From positions 630,001 to 662,000 of the forward strand of contig NC_021219.1 of the NCBI RefSeq assembly GCF_000392435.1: a stretch of 32,000 nt of DNA. Reading direction: 5' to 3'. Made by a program: the position numbers and the translations under genes. Every line of letters starts with the position of its first letter. The first letter of the stretch is position 1. Under the pieces are notes generated by a model. The model was given only the letters and a program-made list of their open reading frames with translations, was not told the origin of the DNA and did not search any database. Origin of the DNA: Candidatus Saccharimonas aalborgensis (GTDB lineage: Bacteria; Patescibacteriota; Saccharimonadia; Saccharimonadales; Saccharimonadaceae). Shown here piece by piece: positions 1-9,271 of this stretch.

Positions 1-738
1 AAAAAGCCAATCATTGATACTATCCTGGCGAATCATCGTACCGAAAACCTTGATAGGATCGTCGACGCACTTTCTGATTCTGACGGATCGATACTGGCGC
101 TTGAAGCTGCTGGCGAAACGAAGGCAGAACGCGCTTGCATTGAGCGAGCACTCAATGCTTTTGTGGCGGGTAACCCCTGTCAAGAGGACATGGAGTTTCT
201 GATAGAGATAGGCGACGGCCTATTCGATCGAGTTGCGACGCGTTTTGAGGGTACAGGAAAAAAGCTTTACCTTGTTGATGCCTCCTGCGAGGACAGGGTG
301 TTTCGCTATATTCATCGCTCCGATCAACAGTTTGATTCGCTTGAAACCCTAATAAATAGGGACGCGGATATTGATCTCCTGAGGCATGTGATGCGATGCC
401 TGGTGGTAGTGGATGCGAGAGCAGTTGCACTGAGAGACCGCCTAGTGGCGCGCCAGGTGCGACAAATTATGCAGATATATCCTGGTGAAAAGATAACGCT
501 CTTTCAGGGTGCACTTCATAGCCGAGTGAGCCATGAACTTGCGCGGACCGCCAGTGTCTCACGGCTATTTGTACCGTCATTAGCGGAGGAGACAACGTAT
601 CATCCTCAAGTAAAGATGAGCTATGAAGGTTACGACCATGCATTGCGACAGCAACTTTTTCTCGGTAGTATAGCTGATGATGTGATTGACGAGTCATTAC
701 TTCAATTTATGCTCCTCTACGAACAGATACGGCCGTAA
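1..738 (+). CDS. Hypothetical protein, 5'-truncated by the window edge
   Basis: Reading frame 1 is open from base 1 (KPIIDTILANHRTENLDRIVDALSDSD...) through the 163..738 ORF to a TAA stop. No family recognised with confidence. Confidence 0.8.
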   Translation, partial: KKPIIDTILANHRTENLDRIVDALSDSDGSILALEAAGETKAERACIERALNAFVAGNPCQEDMEFLIEIGDGLFDRVATRFEGTGKKLYLVDASCEDRVFRYIHRSDQQFDSLETLINRDADIDLLRHVMRCLVVVDARAVALRDRLVARQVRQIMQIYPGEKITLFQGALHSRVSHELARTASVSRLFVPSLAEETTYHPQVKMSYEGYDHALRQQLFLGSIADDVIDESLLQFMLLYEQIRP

Positions 739-741
739 TGG

Positions 742-770
742 TTGCATTTCGTAAAAAATTGTGCTATACT
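742..770 (+). promoter_or_regulatory. Sigma70-like promoter upstream of RNase J gene
   Basis: TTGCAT (742-747), 17-nt spacer, TATACT (765-770), with extended -10 TGC directly before the hexamer. Confidence 0.6.
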
Positions 771-875
771 GCAGGATAATTGTCAGAGGGGTAGCTCGTC
801 TTATCGTCGATACCAACCTCTCACACCTCATTTTGAAATTATTTTATACACAATAACAAGGAGAACAAATAATTT

Positions 876-3005
876 ATGGGTCAACGACGACTCTCAAAAC
901 CGCAGGCAGACGATGCCAGCAAGCGGCCAATGGTTGCTAAACAGAAATCAAATAATACAGTGCTCAACGCCACAACCACCCGCAAGGGCGAGGTGTTTCG
1001 GGCCCAACGACGTACCAGTGACAATGTCAATATGCAGGCGAGCCAGCATATGATCAATGTACCGGTCAACAAATCTATTTATAACGGCTATGGCGGCAAG
1101 CAATTTAGCCTTGTCGACCAGCCAAAACGGCCGCGGGCGCCCCGCCCAACCCTCAAGATCATCCCAATCGGTGGTGTTGGCGAGATGGGTATCGGCAAAA
1201 ACATGACGGCCATTGAGTTCGACAATGATATCATCATTATCGACATGGGCTTTCTGTTTCCGGGTGCTGATTATCCGGGAATCAACTATATTACCCCAGA
1301 TATCACGTGGCTTGAGGAGAACAAACATCGTATTCGTGGCCACGTGTTCACTCATGGACACCTCGATCACATCGGGGCGTTCCGCCACTTGGTGCCAAAG
1401 ATTCCAGCGCCAGTGTATGCCAGCAAGTTTACCCTTGGTATGCTACAGCGTACGATGGAGGAAACGGATGGGGCGTATACGCCTGATTATCGTGAGCTCA
1501 ACCCAGAAGCGCACGATATCGTACAAATCTGTGATTCATTTAGTATCGAACTAGTTCGCGTCAATCACTCGATTCCAGATGCGACTGCTGTGGTGGTGCG
1601 TACGCCTGTCGGAAACATTTTATCGAGTGGCGACTGGCGCATCGAGGAAAACCCGGTTGACGGAAAGAAGTTTGATCTACCTCGGCTGAGCGAAATCCAA
1701 CAAAAAGAAGGCTTTTTGGTTTTTCTGAATGAATCAACCAACTGTGAGAGTGATGGCACACATACCCACGGTGAATTTGATATCCAACACAGCATGGGTG
1801 AGGTGATGGAGAAATGGCCCAATAGCCGCGTCATTATTTCGAGTTTCTCAAGTCAGTTACATCGTATGCAAATGATTCTGGAAGAAGCGCAGCGCCATGG
1901 TCGCAAAGTCGCTTTTGCTGGCTATAGCATGATCCAAAACCTCGAAGTTGCCCTGCGCACTGGCGCAATCAAGGTCCCCAAAGATACTGTCGTAAAGATG
2001 GAAGATATCATCAAGCTTCCTGATGGCAAAGTTACCATTGTTTGTACCGGAAGCCAAGGAGAGTTTAGTGCCGTCCTCAATCGCATGGCGACGGGTGCAC
2101 ACAAGTATATCAAGATAAAAAATAGCGACGTAGTGGTCTTTAGTTCAAACCCCATTCCGGGTAACGAAAAATACGTTGTTCGAACGGTTGACGGGCTGAT
2201 GCGTGAGGGGGGAGAGATCATCCAAAACGGCAAAACACATCTCACCGGAGTTGGCCCGCTTCACCTCAGTGGTCATGGCTACTATGACGACCATGTTCGC
2301 GTTATCCAGGTCGTCAATCCGACGTACTATATTCCAAATCATGGTGAGTTCCATATGCTTGTCCACAATGCCCATCTTGCCGAAAAAGAATGCGGTATAC
2401 CGAGAGAAAATATCTTTGTGTGTGACGCAGGTGACGTGGTTGAGTTCGATCACGAGGGCGCGCGCAAAATCGGTCGCGTACCGGTCGGCGGCGTTATGTA
2501 TGATGATGCGGGAGAAGTCGTCAGCGAGGTGGTGCTGAAGGATCGTATCCACATGAGCCAAGAGGGCATGTTTGTAGTGGTACTAACAGTACAGCGTGGT
2601 ACCGGTCGGTTACTCACCAGCCCCGATATCATCAGTCGTGGATTTATCTATCTGCGTGATAGCGAGGAATTGATGGGGATGATACGAGCCTATCTCAAGC
2701 AAAAGGCGGCGCGTGCTTTTGCTGGCAGATACGATCTCGATGTTATCAAAAAAGAGATTAAGGATGAAGTGACACACATCCTCTACGATCAGACACGTCG
2801 TACTCCGATCGTGATCCCCGTCGTCAATGAAATTGGCGTAGTGAGTAAAAACCAACCACAGCCCCAAGTAAACAGCGGCCAACGGCCAGTGCAAGCTTCT
2901 CGTGCACCATTGCTACGCCCCGCTCGACGTCCGTTTCCGCCCAAGCAACACCCTGATTCAGAGGTGACCGAGCCACACATTCGGGTCGGTGGACACAGCT
3001 ACTAG
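876..3005 (+). CDS. rnj: Ribonuclease J (metallo-beta-lactamase / beta-CASP family)
   Basis: GGVGEMGIGKNM, metal-binding FTHGHLDHIGAF, beta-CASP region (STNCESDGTHTHGE, GTQGE-like TGSQGEFSAV) and PxHGExHML-like NHGEFHMLVHNAHLA. About 70 aa of basic N-terminal extension. Confidence 0.93.
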   Translation: MGQRRLSKPQADDASKRPMVAKQKSNNTVLNATTTRKGEVFRAQRRTSDNVNMQASQHMINVPVNKSIYNGYGGKQFSLVDQPKRPRAPRPTLKIIPIGGVGEMGIGKNMTAIEFDNDIIIIDMGFLFPGADYPGINYITPDITWLEENKHRIRGHVFTHGHLDHIGAFRHLVPKIPAPVYASKFTLGMLQRTMEETDGAYTPDYRELNPEAHDIVQICDSFSIELVRVNHSIPDATAVVVRTPVGNILSSGDWRIEENPVDGKKFDLPRLSEIQQKEGFLVFLNESTNCESDGTHTHGEFDIQHSMGEVMEKWPNSRVIISSFSSQLHRMQMILEEAQRHGRKVAFAGYSMIQNLEVALRTGAIKVPKDTVVKMEDIIKLPDGKVTIVCTGSQGEFSAVLNRMATGAHKYIKIKNSDVVVFSSNPIPGNEKYVVRTVDGLMREGGEIIQNGKTHLTGVGPLHLSGHGYYDDHVRVIQVVNPTYYIPNHGEFHMLVHNAHLAEKECGIPRENIFVCDAGDVVEFDHEGARKIGRVPVGGVMYDDAGEVVSEVVLKDRIHMSQEGMFVVVLTVQRGTGRLLTSPDIISRGFIYLRDSEELMGMIRAYLKQKAARAFAGRYDLDVIKKEIKDEVTHILYDQTRRTPIVIPVVNEIGVVSKNQPQPQVNSGQRPVQASRAPLLRPARRPFPPKQHPDSEVTEPHIRVGGHSY

Positions 3006-3028
3006 ATAATCACACCAGACAGACTAGC

Positions 3029-3057
3029 TTGCATTTTGTAGTAATTTATGCTACAAT
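3029..3057 (+). promoter_or_regulatory. Sigma70-like promoter upstream of ftsK
   Basis: TTGCAT (3029-3034), 17-nt spacer, TACAAT (3052-3057), extended -10 TGC. Confidence 0.6.
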
Positions 3058-3104
3058 GTAACTATACTCATCAGATAGCAAACAGAGTACAATAGATACC
3101 AGTT

Positions 3105-5336
3105 ATGGCAAAAAAATCGACGCGAAATAGGGGAAAAAAGAAACAACCAGATACTCCGCAACATACGTTGCCAACGGGGTTCTGGTCGCAAGTTGTCGCT
3201 GTCTTTTTGATCGCGTTTTCACTACTCCTTATCGTTTCATGGTTTGGCGCCGGCGGGCCGGTATTTAACTGGATACTGGATGCTTCGCTGCGGGTGATTG
3301 GCTACGCCACTTATGTATTGCCGTTTGTCGCTACCTATGTCGCCATACAGGTGTTCCGTGTCGAGGAAAGCCGTGTCCCCAGTGTTCTCAAGTTTGCGTC
3401 GTTGCTCCTGGTTGCCTGGTTTGCGGGATTATTTGGGCTGCTACGCAAAGACGGCGGTCCATCTACAGGCGGCACCGTTGGTGATGGACTTAACTCAGCG
3501 ATGTCGTCACTCGTCAACGCACCGGTGGCAGCGTTTATCTATGTACTACTTATACTAGTTACCAGTCTCTTTATGCTGCGGGTATCTCCCGGAACTCTCA
3601 TCAGGGGTATCTGGCGGCTGATTCGTGGCGACAAAACTGAAGACCAGGCAAATGGCGATATCATGCGTAAAGCAGCTGGGGATGACACAAAGTCTGGCTC
3701 AATGGCTGATTTCAAGCTCAACGCCGGTGTGCCGATGCTTACCCCCGCCGAACAAAAGAAATTATCCAGCCTCAAAAATAGTGTAAAACCTGACAAAGAG
3801 GCCGAAGAAAAAGCTGCCATGCTGGCGGTGAGTGACCCCAACTGGAAGTTTCCAGGTGTGGAATTGCTCGAGAAGAAACAGAGCCCGGCCGATGCCGGAG
3901 ATATCCAGCAAAATGCACATATTATTCAGGATACACTGCGCGAGTTTAGCATTGATGTCGAGATGGAGGGTGCCAACATCGGGCCAAAGGTGACACAGTA
4001 TACGCTTAAACCACCTGCGGGTATCAAGCTGAGTCGTATTACCGCGCTTGAGACAAATATCGCCCTCAACCTTGCGGCGAGTAGTTTGCGCATCGAGGCG
4101 CCGATTCCTGGCCAAAAAGCTGTCGGTATCGAAGTTCCAAATCGCAAAGCTGCCGATGTGCGACTGAGGGGAATCCTCGAGAGTAGTGATTGGAAGCGTG
4201 CGGACGAACCGCTGTCATTCGCGATTGGCAAAGATATATCGGGTGCACCGATGGTGGGTGAACTCAATAAAATGCCACATTTGCTGATTGCCGGTCAAAC
4301 AGGAAGTGGTAAATCTGTTATGATCAACACGCTGCTCTGCAGTCTGCTGTATCGGAGCAGCCCGAGTGATATGAAGCTGATTTTGGTTGACCCAAAGCAA
4401 GTTGAAATGGCTCCCTATGCCGATATTCCGCATCTCCTGACGCCAGTGATTGTGGAGCCGGAAAAAACGATTAGCGCGCTGAAGTGGGCGACAAACGAGA
4501 TGGAGCGTCGCTACACACTTCTTGCTGAGGAAAAAGTGCGAGATATCGCGAGTTATAACGAAAAAGTCAAAAACAAGCACGTCAGTATTGCTGACGAGGA
4601 CGGCAATATGCAGGAAGTCGACAGAGGTACGATGCCGTACATCGTTATTGTTATTGACGAGTTAGCCGATCTGATGATGGTTGCAGCTCGGGATGTTGAG
4701 GCATTGATCGTACGAATCGCGCAAAAAGCTCGTGCCGTCGGTATCCACTTGGTTTTGGCGACACAACGCCCAAGCGTCGACGTTATCACTGGTCTTATCA
4801 AGGCCAATATTCCGGCACGGATTGCATTTACGGTAGCCTCTCAGGTAGATTCTCGCACCATTCTCGACCAGATTGGCGCCGAGAAACTTCTGGGCCAGGG
4901 AGACATGCTGATGAAGACAGCAACCATGCCAAAGCCAAAGCGTGTTCAGGGTGCATGGGTGATGGATAGTGAAGTGCACAAAATAACTGATCACCTGCGG
5001 ATGCAGAGCGCCCCACAGTATAACGATGAGATTATCAGTCAACCGGTCCATCTTAATGGTAAAGGCGGTGTGGTCATGGACTTCGACCATGAGGGCGGTG
5101 ATGATATGTTCAGAGATGCGGTACAGGTTGTTATTCAGAGTCGCAAAGCCAGCACGAGTCTGCTGCAGCGTAAACTACGCGTCGGCTACGCGAGGGCTGC
5201 TCGCATTATCGAGGAAATGGAAGAACAGGGAATCATCGGCCCAGCCGACGGTGCGCGACCACGAGAGGTACTTATTAGCAGCATGGCTGATCTAGACAAT
5301 GATCCCATGGATCCATCACACGACTACGAATCGTAG
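3105..5336 (+). CDS. ftsK: DNA translocase FtsK/SpoIIIE
   Basis: N-terminal multi-TM region; Walker A GQTGSGKS; VIVIDELADLMM Walker B; HLVLATQRPSVDVITGLIKANIPARIAFTV; C-terminal gamma-like winged-helix region. Confidence 0.95.
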   Translation: MAKKSTRNRGKKKQPDTPQHTLPTGFWSQVVAVFLIAFSLLLIVSWFGAGGPVFNWILDASLRVIGYATYVLPFVATYVAIQVFRVEESRVPSVLKFASLLLVAWFAGLFGLLRKDGGPSTGGTVGDGLNSAMSSLVNAPVAAFIYVLLILVTSLFMLRVSPGTLIRGIWRLIRGDKTEDQANGDIMRKAAGDDTKSGSMADFKLNAGVPMLTPAEQKKLSSLKNSVKPDKEAEEKAAMLAVSDPNWKFPGVELLEKKQSPADAGDIQQNAHIIQDTLREFSIDVEMEGANIGPKVTQYTLKPPAGIKLSRITALETNIALNLAASSLRIEAPIPGQKAVGIEVPNRKAADVRLRGILESSDWKRADEPLSFAIGKDISGAPMVGELNKMPHLLIAGQTGSGKSVMINTLLCSLLYRSSPSDMKLILVDPKQVEMAPYADIPHLLTPVIVEPEKTISALKWATNEMERRYTLLAEEKVRDIASYNEKVKNKHVSIADEDGNMQEVDRGTMPYIVIVIDELADLMMVAARDVEALIVRIAQKARAVGIHLVLATQRPSVDVITGLIKANIPARIAFTVASQVDSRTILDQIGAEKLLGQGDMLMKTATMPKPKRVQGAWVMDSEVHKITDHLRMQSAPQYNDEIISQPVHLNGKGGVVMDFDHEGGDDMFRDAVQVVIQSRKASTSLLQRKLRVGYARAARIIEEMEEQGIIGPADGARPREVLISSMADLDNDPMDPSHDYES

Positions 5337-5344
5337 TGAATTAG

Positions 5345-5373
5345 TTGTTATCCGATAACACTAATGGTAGAAT
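5345..5373 (+). promoter_or_regulatory. Promoter-like sequence upstream of the propeller protein
   Basis: TTGTTA (5345-5350), 17-nt spacer, TAGAAT (5368-5373), extended -10 TGG. It overlaps the ORF-track start, which argues for the downstream ATG. Confidence 0.5.
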
Positions 5374-5437
5374 ATACCTAGTTTGGTGCGAGCAAACAAG
5401 AACAAATAGATTGTTGATAATGGAGGGTAGTTTTGAA

Positions 5438-7048
5438 ATGATACGTGTGGCTAATCCATTTGTTGGTATGTTTATACACACCAAGCGTGTAGGTCAACTC
5501 ATGTTGTTGTGTGTTAGCATTGCTCTTTGTAGCGGCACAGTAGCGTTTGCTACGCCTGATTACTATGTACTACGACAAGCGACGGTTGCGGGTGGCATTA
5601 GTAGTACCTGGGATGGGGTCGCATCAAGCGGTGATGGCACAAAGCTAGCTGTGATTATGTATGACGGCTATATCCACACCTCAACTGACAGCGGTGCGAC
5701 GTGGACTCAACAAGGAAGTTCAGGATCACGTAGCTGGCGCACTATTAGCTCAAGTACTGATGGTGCGAAGCTTGCCGCCGCCGCGTATGGTGGCTATATC
5801 TACACATCAACAGATAGTGGTGTGACTTGGGTAGAACAGACCGCTGCTGGTATGAGAAGTTGGCGCACTCTTGCATCGAGTGCTGACGGCACAAAGCTTA
5901 TCGCTGCTGACTACGGTGGCTATATCTACACTTCAACTGACAGCGGCGCGACGTGGACGGAACATACCGATGCCGGTTCTCAGGTATGGTGGTCCGTTGC
6001 TTCAAATGCGGACGGCACGGTTCTTGGTGCAGCGGCGATTAATGACTATGTTTATATCTCTACTGATGCTGGTGCTACCTGGACGCAGCAAACAGACAAT
6101 GGTCTTAATATGTGGTCATCACTTGCGATGAGTGCTGACGGTAATACAATTACCGCATCGGTCTACCAGGGAGGTATTTTTACCAGTTCAGATCGAGCTG
6201 CAACGTGGGTGAATCGCTCCAGCACTACTGGACCAAAAAACTGGTGGTATGTCACAGTGAACAGTGACGGCACCAAGCAAATAGCACTCGATACTGGTGG
6301 CTATATGTATACCTCAAATGACAGCGGTGCAACCTGGACTCAGCAAACTGCAAACGACATGCGATACTGGAACGCGGCCGCAATGACGAGTGACGGGAGT
6401 AAGGTTATACTCTCTGAGGAGATAGGGAATATTTATCTTGCGGCTACGCAGGGGTCTATTACTACAAATTTTGATATTGGCATGCTACCATCTTCGGGTA
6501 ATGTCCAGAGTACAATCGCCAATACGAAGCTCTCAGTTACTTCGTCAACTTGCTACACTATTGATAGTGGTTCAGTAACCCCCGTGGGGACATTGGGACT
6601 TGTGGTGCCAGATGCAGGGGTCTCTCTACTAGGTGGGGTTGCCTTCTCTATAAATTGTATGGTGCCTGGTGGCGTTGCGCCGTTCACGATCACCATGGGT
6701 AGTTATATACAAGATGAGTCATCACTTCATATTTATAAAAAAAATCCAGTCGATAACAATCTTGTCGATATTACGAGTAGCGTAATCGTAAAGAATGCTG
6801 TTATCAATGGAAAGCCAGTAACAACAGTTGAATACTCTCTCATGGACGGTGGTGCTTTCGATCAAGATGGAGTAAAGAATGGTATTATCGTCGATCCGAT
6901 ATACTTTGGGGTAGCAAGTACGCTTGCTGCTACTGGTGGGAATACTCAGCGTATTCTGATGATTGGCTGCTCTATGGTGTTGCTCGGTGTTATCCTACCC
7001 GCAACCATCTTTTTGTACAGAGGAAGAAGAATCCACGCTGCGAAGTAA
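5438..7048 (+). CDS. Secreted, wall-anchored beta-propeller-like surface protein with C-terminal LAATG sorting signal
   Basis: ATG at 5438 preceded by GGAGGG; signal peptide MIRVANPFVGMF...LLCVSIALCSGTVAFA; seven ~42-aa repeats of the type W..(V/L)A.S.DG.K...A.Y.GYIYTSTDSGATW; C terminus LAATGG + hydrophobic stretch + RGRR. Confidence 0.85.
   Translation: MIRVANPFVGMFIHTKRVGQLMLLCVSIALCSGTVAFATPDYYVLRQATVAGGISSTWDGVASSGDGTKLAVIMYDGYIHTSTDSGATWTQQGSSGSRSWRTISSSTDGAKLAAAAYGGYIYTSTDSGVTWVEQTAAGMRSWRTLASSADGTKLIAADYGGYIYTSTDSGATWTEHTDAGSQVWWSVASNADGTVLGAAAINDYVYISTDAGATWTQQTDNGLNMWSSLAMSADGNTITASVYQGGIFTSSDRAATWVNRSSTTGPKNWWYVTVNSDGTKQIALDTGGYMYTSNDSGATWTQQTANDMRYWNAAAMTSDGSKVILSEEIGNIYLAATQGSITTNFDIGMLPSSGNVQSTIANTKLSVTSSTCYTIDSGSVTPVGTLGLVVPDAGVSLLGGVAFSINCMVPGGVAPFTITMGSYIQDESSLHIYKKNPVDNNLVDITSSVIVKNAVINGKPVTTVEYSLMDGGAFDQDGVKNGIIVDPIYFGVASTLAATGGNTQRILMIGCSMVLLGVILPATIFLYRGRRIHAAK
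5609..6454 (+). repeat. Seven tandem ~42-aa (126-bp) propeller repeats, last one truncated
   Basis: Units begin WDGVASSGDG, WRTISSSTDG, WRTLASSADG, WWSVASNADG, WSSLAMSADG, WWYVTVNSDG, WNAAAMTSDG. Lengths 42,42,42,42,43,42,29 aa. Confidence 0.85.
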
Positions 7049-7079
7049 ACAGGATGATGTTATGAAGCTGGCCGAGAGC

Positions 7080-7931
7080 TTATTCACCTGGATGTGTTGC
7101 GTCCATAAATAGCATATGGGATCTGTTATCTGCAACATATTCACCAAGCAGTGTTACCTGATGATCGCTTTTTTCGATCTGTTTTATCACGTGGTAAAGT
7201 TGCTCACCGGCTGCATCAACATCGATGAAGAACTTATAGTTCCATGGTTTACCAACAATGGGTTGTGACTGGAGTTTAGCGAGATTGATTCCGGCATCGG
7301 CAAACACCTGTAATACCTCGACAAGAGCACCGGGCTTATGACTGGTAGTAATCACCAGTGAGGATTTTGAGGCGTTTGCCTGGGCAGGTGTGGGCTCAAG
7401 GACGAGAAAACGCGTACTGTTGTCTTTGTGGTTTTGGATAGACCGTGCAATGATAGGGAGAGAGTGTAGCCTCGCTGCTTGAGCACCAGCGATCGCTGCC
7501 ATGTGCCGACCCTTTTCTGTTTTGATGAACTCGACCGCTCCTGCGGTATCAAAAAAATCGATCAACTCCGCGTTTGGCAGGTGTTTGGAAAGCCATTTGC
7601 GGCATTGTGCGAGAGCAACCGGGTGTGAGTAGACCTCAGTAATATCAGCTAGGGTAGCACCAGGGTTTACTACCAACATTTGATCGATGGCGAGCTTAAC
7701 CTCGCCAATAATGGGCGCTTCACACTCCTCGATAAGCTGATAGACTTCATTGATACTCCCAAAGATAGTGTTTTCGACTGCAGTGACGAGTGCGTCTGCC
7801 TCATCCGAGCCAAAGGCTTCGAAGGCATCGCGAAAACTAGTACAGGGGATGATTGTCACGCTATCGCCGTACCACTGCTTAGCTACTTGCTCGTGGAAAG
7901 ACCCGGCTTGGCCTTGGATTGCAACGTTCAT
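7080..7931 (-). CDS. pheA: Prephenate dehydratase with C-terminal ACT domain
   Basis: MNVAIQGQAGSFHEQVA, VENTIFGSINEVYQL, SHPVALAQC, NHKDNSTRFLVL (TRF motif), then TTSHKPGALVEVLQVFADAGINLAKLQSQP ACT domain. Confidence 0.9.
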   Translation of the reverse strand: MNVAIQGQAGSFHEQVAKQWYGDSVTIIPCTSFRDAFEAFGSDEADALVTAVENTIFGSINEVYQLIEECEAPIIGEVKLAIDQMLVVNPGATLADITEVYSHPVALAQCRKWLSKHLPNAELIDFFDTAGAVEFIKTEKGRHMAAIAGAQAARLHSLPIIARSIQNHKDNSTRFLVLEPTPAQANASKSSLVITTSHKPGALVEVLQVFADAGINLAKLQSQPIVGKPWNYKFFIDVDAAGEQLYHVIKQIEKSDHQVTLLGEYVADNRSHMLFMDATHPGE

Positions 7932-8052
7932 AAGCTCTTATTGTACATCAGGTCTAGTGTATGTCGCGAAAATGAGGTATAATAGCACTGTTATTAACCT
8001 AGAGTTGTGTGAAACAGCACAACTATCCATACGGATTCCAAAGGAGGTTCCT

Positions 8053-8406
8053 ATGAAGGAATATGAACTTACTGTTCTTATTCATCCTGATCTCGAGGTA
8101 GATCTCGAGGCGCCACTCGCAAAAGTGCGCAAACTCATCAAAGATAATGGCGGATCGGTCACCAGTGAGGATAACTGGGGAAAAAAGCGCCTGGCATATC
8201 GTATAAAAGGCCAGGATTTTGCCGTCTATGTCGCGATGGATGTATCATTGCCTGCAGAAGCACCGCTTAAGATCTCAAATGTTCTCAATATTACTGATGA
8301 AGTGCTCCGCTATTTGTTAGTAAAAGTTGATGTAAAGGGCCGTGCCCTGCTAGCTGAAGCAAAAGCTCGCGCTGGTAGCGACGATCAAGAGAACAACGAA
8401 GAATAA
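8053..8406 (+). CDS. rpsF: 30S ribosomal protein bS6
   Basis: MKEYELTVLIHPDLE...GKKRLAYRIKGQDFAVYVAMD...LLVKV; strong SD AAGGAGG before ATG 8053 rather than the track start at 7750; syntenic with ssb and rpsR. Confidence 0.93.
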   Translation: MKEYELTVLIHPDLEVDLEAPLAKVRKLIKDNGGSVTSEDNWGKKRLAYRIKGQDFAVYVAMDVSLPAEAPLKISNVLNITDEVLRYLLVKVDVKGRALLAEAKARAGSDDQENNEE

Positions 8407-8434
8407 TTTAAAAAAATAGGTGGAGGAGGGCCAT

Positions 8435-8887
8435 ATGGCAAAGGGGTTCAACAAAGTAATCTTGATGGGCAATCTGACGCGCGATGTCGAAATGCGTACG
8501 ACCACGAGCGGGCAAACTGTTGCTAACTTTAGTTTGGCAGTAAGCCGTAGCTGGAAAGACCAAAACGGTCAAACCCAAGAGCAGACAAGTTTCATCAACT
8601 GTGTTGCATGGGGCAAAGCTGGTGAAATCATCGCACAGTACGTCAAAAAGGGCGACCCGCTGCTTGTCAGTGGCCGACTCGATCAGCGCAGTTATGAAGA
8701 CAAAGACGGTAATAAGCGTCAGGCTGTAGAGGTGAATGTCGAAGACTTTAACTTCATTGGTGGTGGCAATCGCGGAGATGATATGTCATCCGCTACGCCC
8801 GCCAAAAGCTCATCAAGCAAATCGAAGGACGTGGTTATTGAAGATATCGATGACAAACCAATTGATCTAAGCGAAATACCATTTTAA
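8435..8887 (+). CDS. ssb: Single-stranded DNA-binding protein
   Basis: MAKGFNKVILMGNLTRDVEMRTTTSGQTVANFSLAVSR..., acidic DDKPIDLSEIPF tail; SD GGAGGAGG before ATG 8435. Confidence 0.95.
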   Translation: MAKGFNKVILMGNLTRDVEMRTTTSGQTVANFSLAVSRSWKDQNGQTQEQTSFINCVAWGKAGEIIAQYVKKGDPLLVSGRLDQRSYEDKDGNKRQAVEVNVEDFNFIGGGNRGDDMSSATPAKSSSSKSKDVVIEDIDDKPIDLSEIPF

Positions 8888-8899
8888 GGAGAATGTAGA

Positions 8900-9097
8900 G
8901 TGAAACGATTTAAGAAAGATGCACCGGTGTACTTTGACTATCGAGATGTCAAAACACTGATGCGCTATATCAATGTCTATGGTCAGATTGAACCAATCAG
9001 CAAGACTGGTCTTAGCGCAAAGCAGCAACGTCAGTTGGCGGTTGCTATCAAACGAGCGCGCCATCTTGCATTGATGCCATTTGTTGCACAAGGATAA
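8900..9097 (+). CDS. rpsR: 30S ribosomal protein bS18
   Basis: [61 protein letters not shown]; GTG start. Confidence 0.95.
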   Translation: MKRFKKDAPVYFDYRDVKTLMRYINVYGQIEPISKTGLSAKQQRQLAVAIKRARHLALMPFVAQG

Positions 9098-9103
9098 CGA
9101 CTC

Positions 9104-9271
9104 ATGAAACCTGAGCGTCAAACGGTACCAACCTTTACGCTCGACGAGATTGCCGAGCGGCTTCAAGATGCGCTTGGTGTAGCAGCGGCCGTTACGGCTA
9201 TCGATGCACTTCAGCGCTACGCGCTCGGGAGGGATGAACGTCCCATAACAGTTGATGATGAGGACAACTAA
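9104..9271 (+). CDS. Small acidic hypothetical protein (55 aa), translationally coupled to the downstream decarboxylase
   Basis: Manually read ORF absent from the supplied track: MKPERQTVPTFTLDEIAERLQDALGVAAAVTAIDALQRYALGRDERPITVDDEDN*. Preceded by AAGGA; its TAA overlaps the next ATG (TAATG). Confidence 0.65.
   Translation: MKPERQTVPTFTLDEIAERLQDALGVAAAVTAIDALQRYALGRDERPITVDDEDN

Noticed and set aside
2999-3029. AGCTA...TAGCT inverted repeat after RNase J as a terminator
   Set aside because: Only about 5 bp of pairing and no T-tract.
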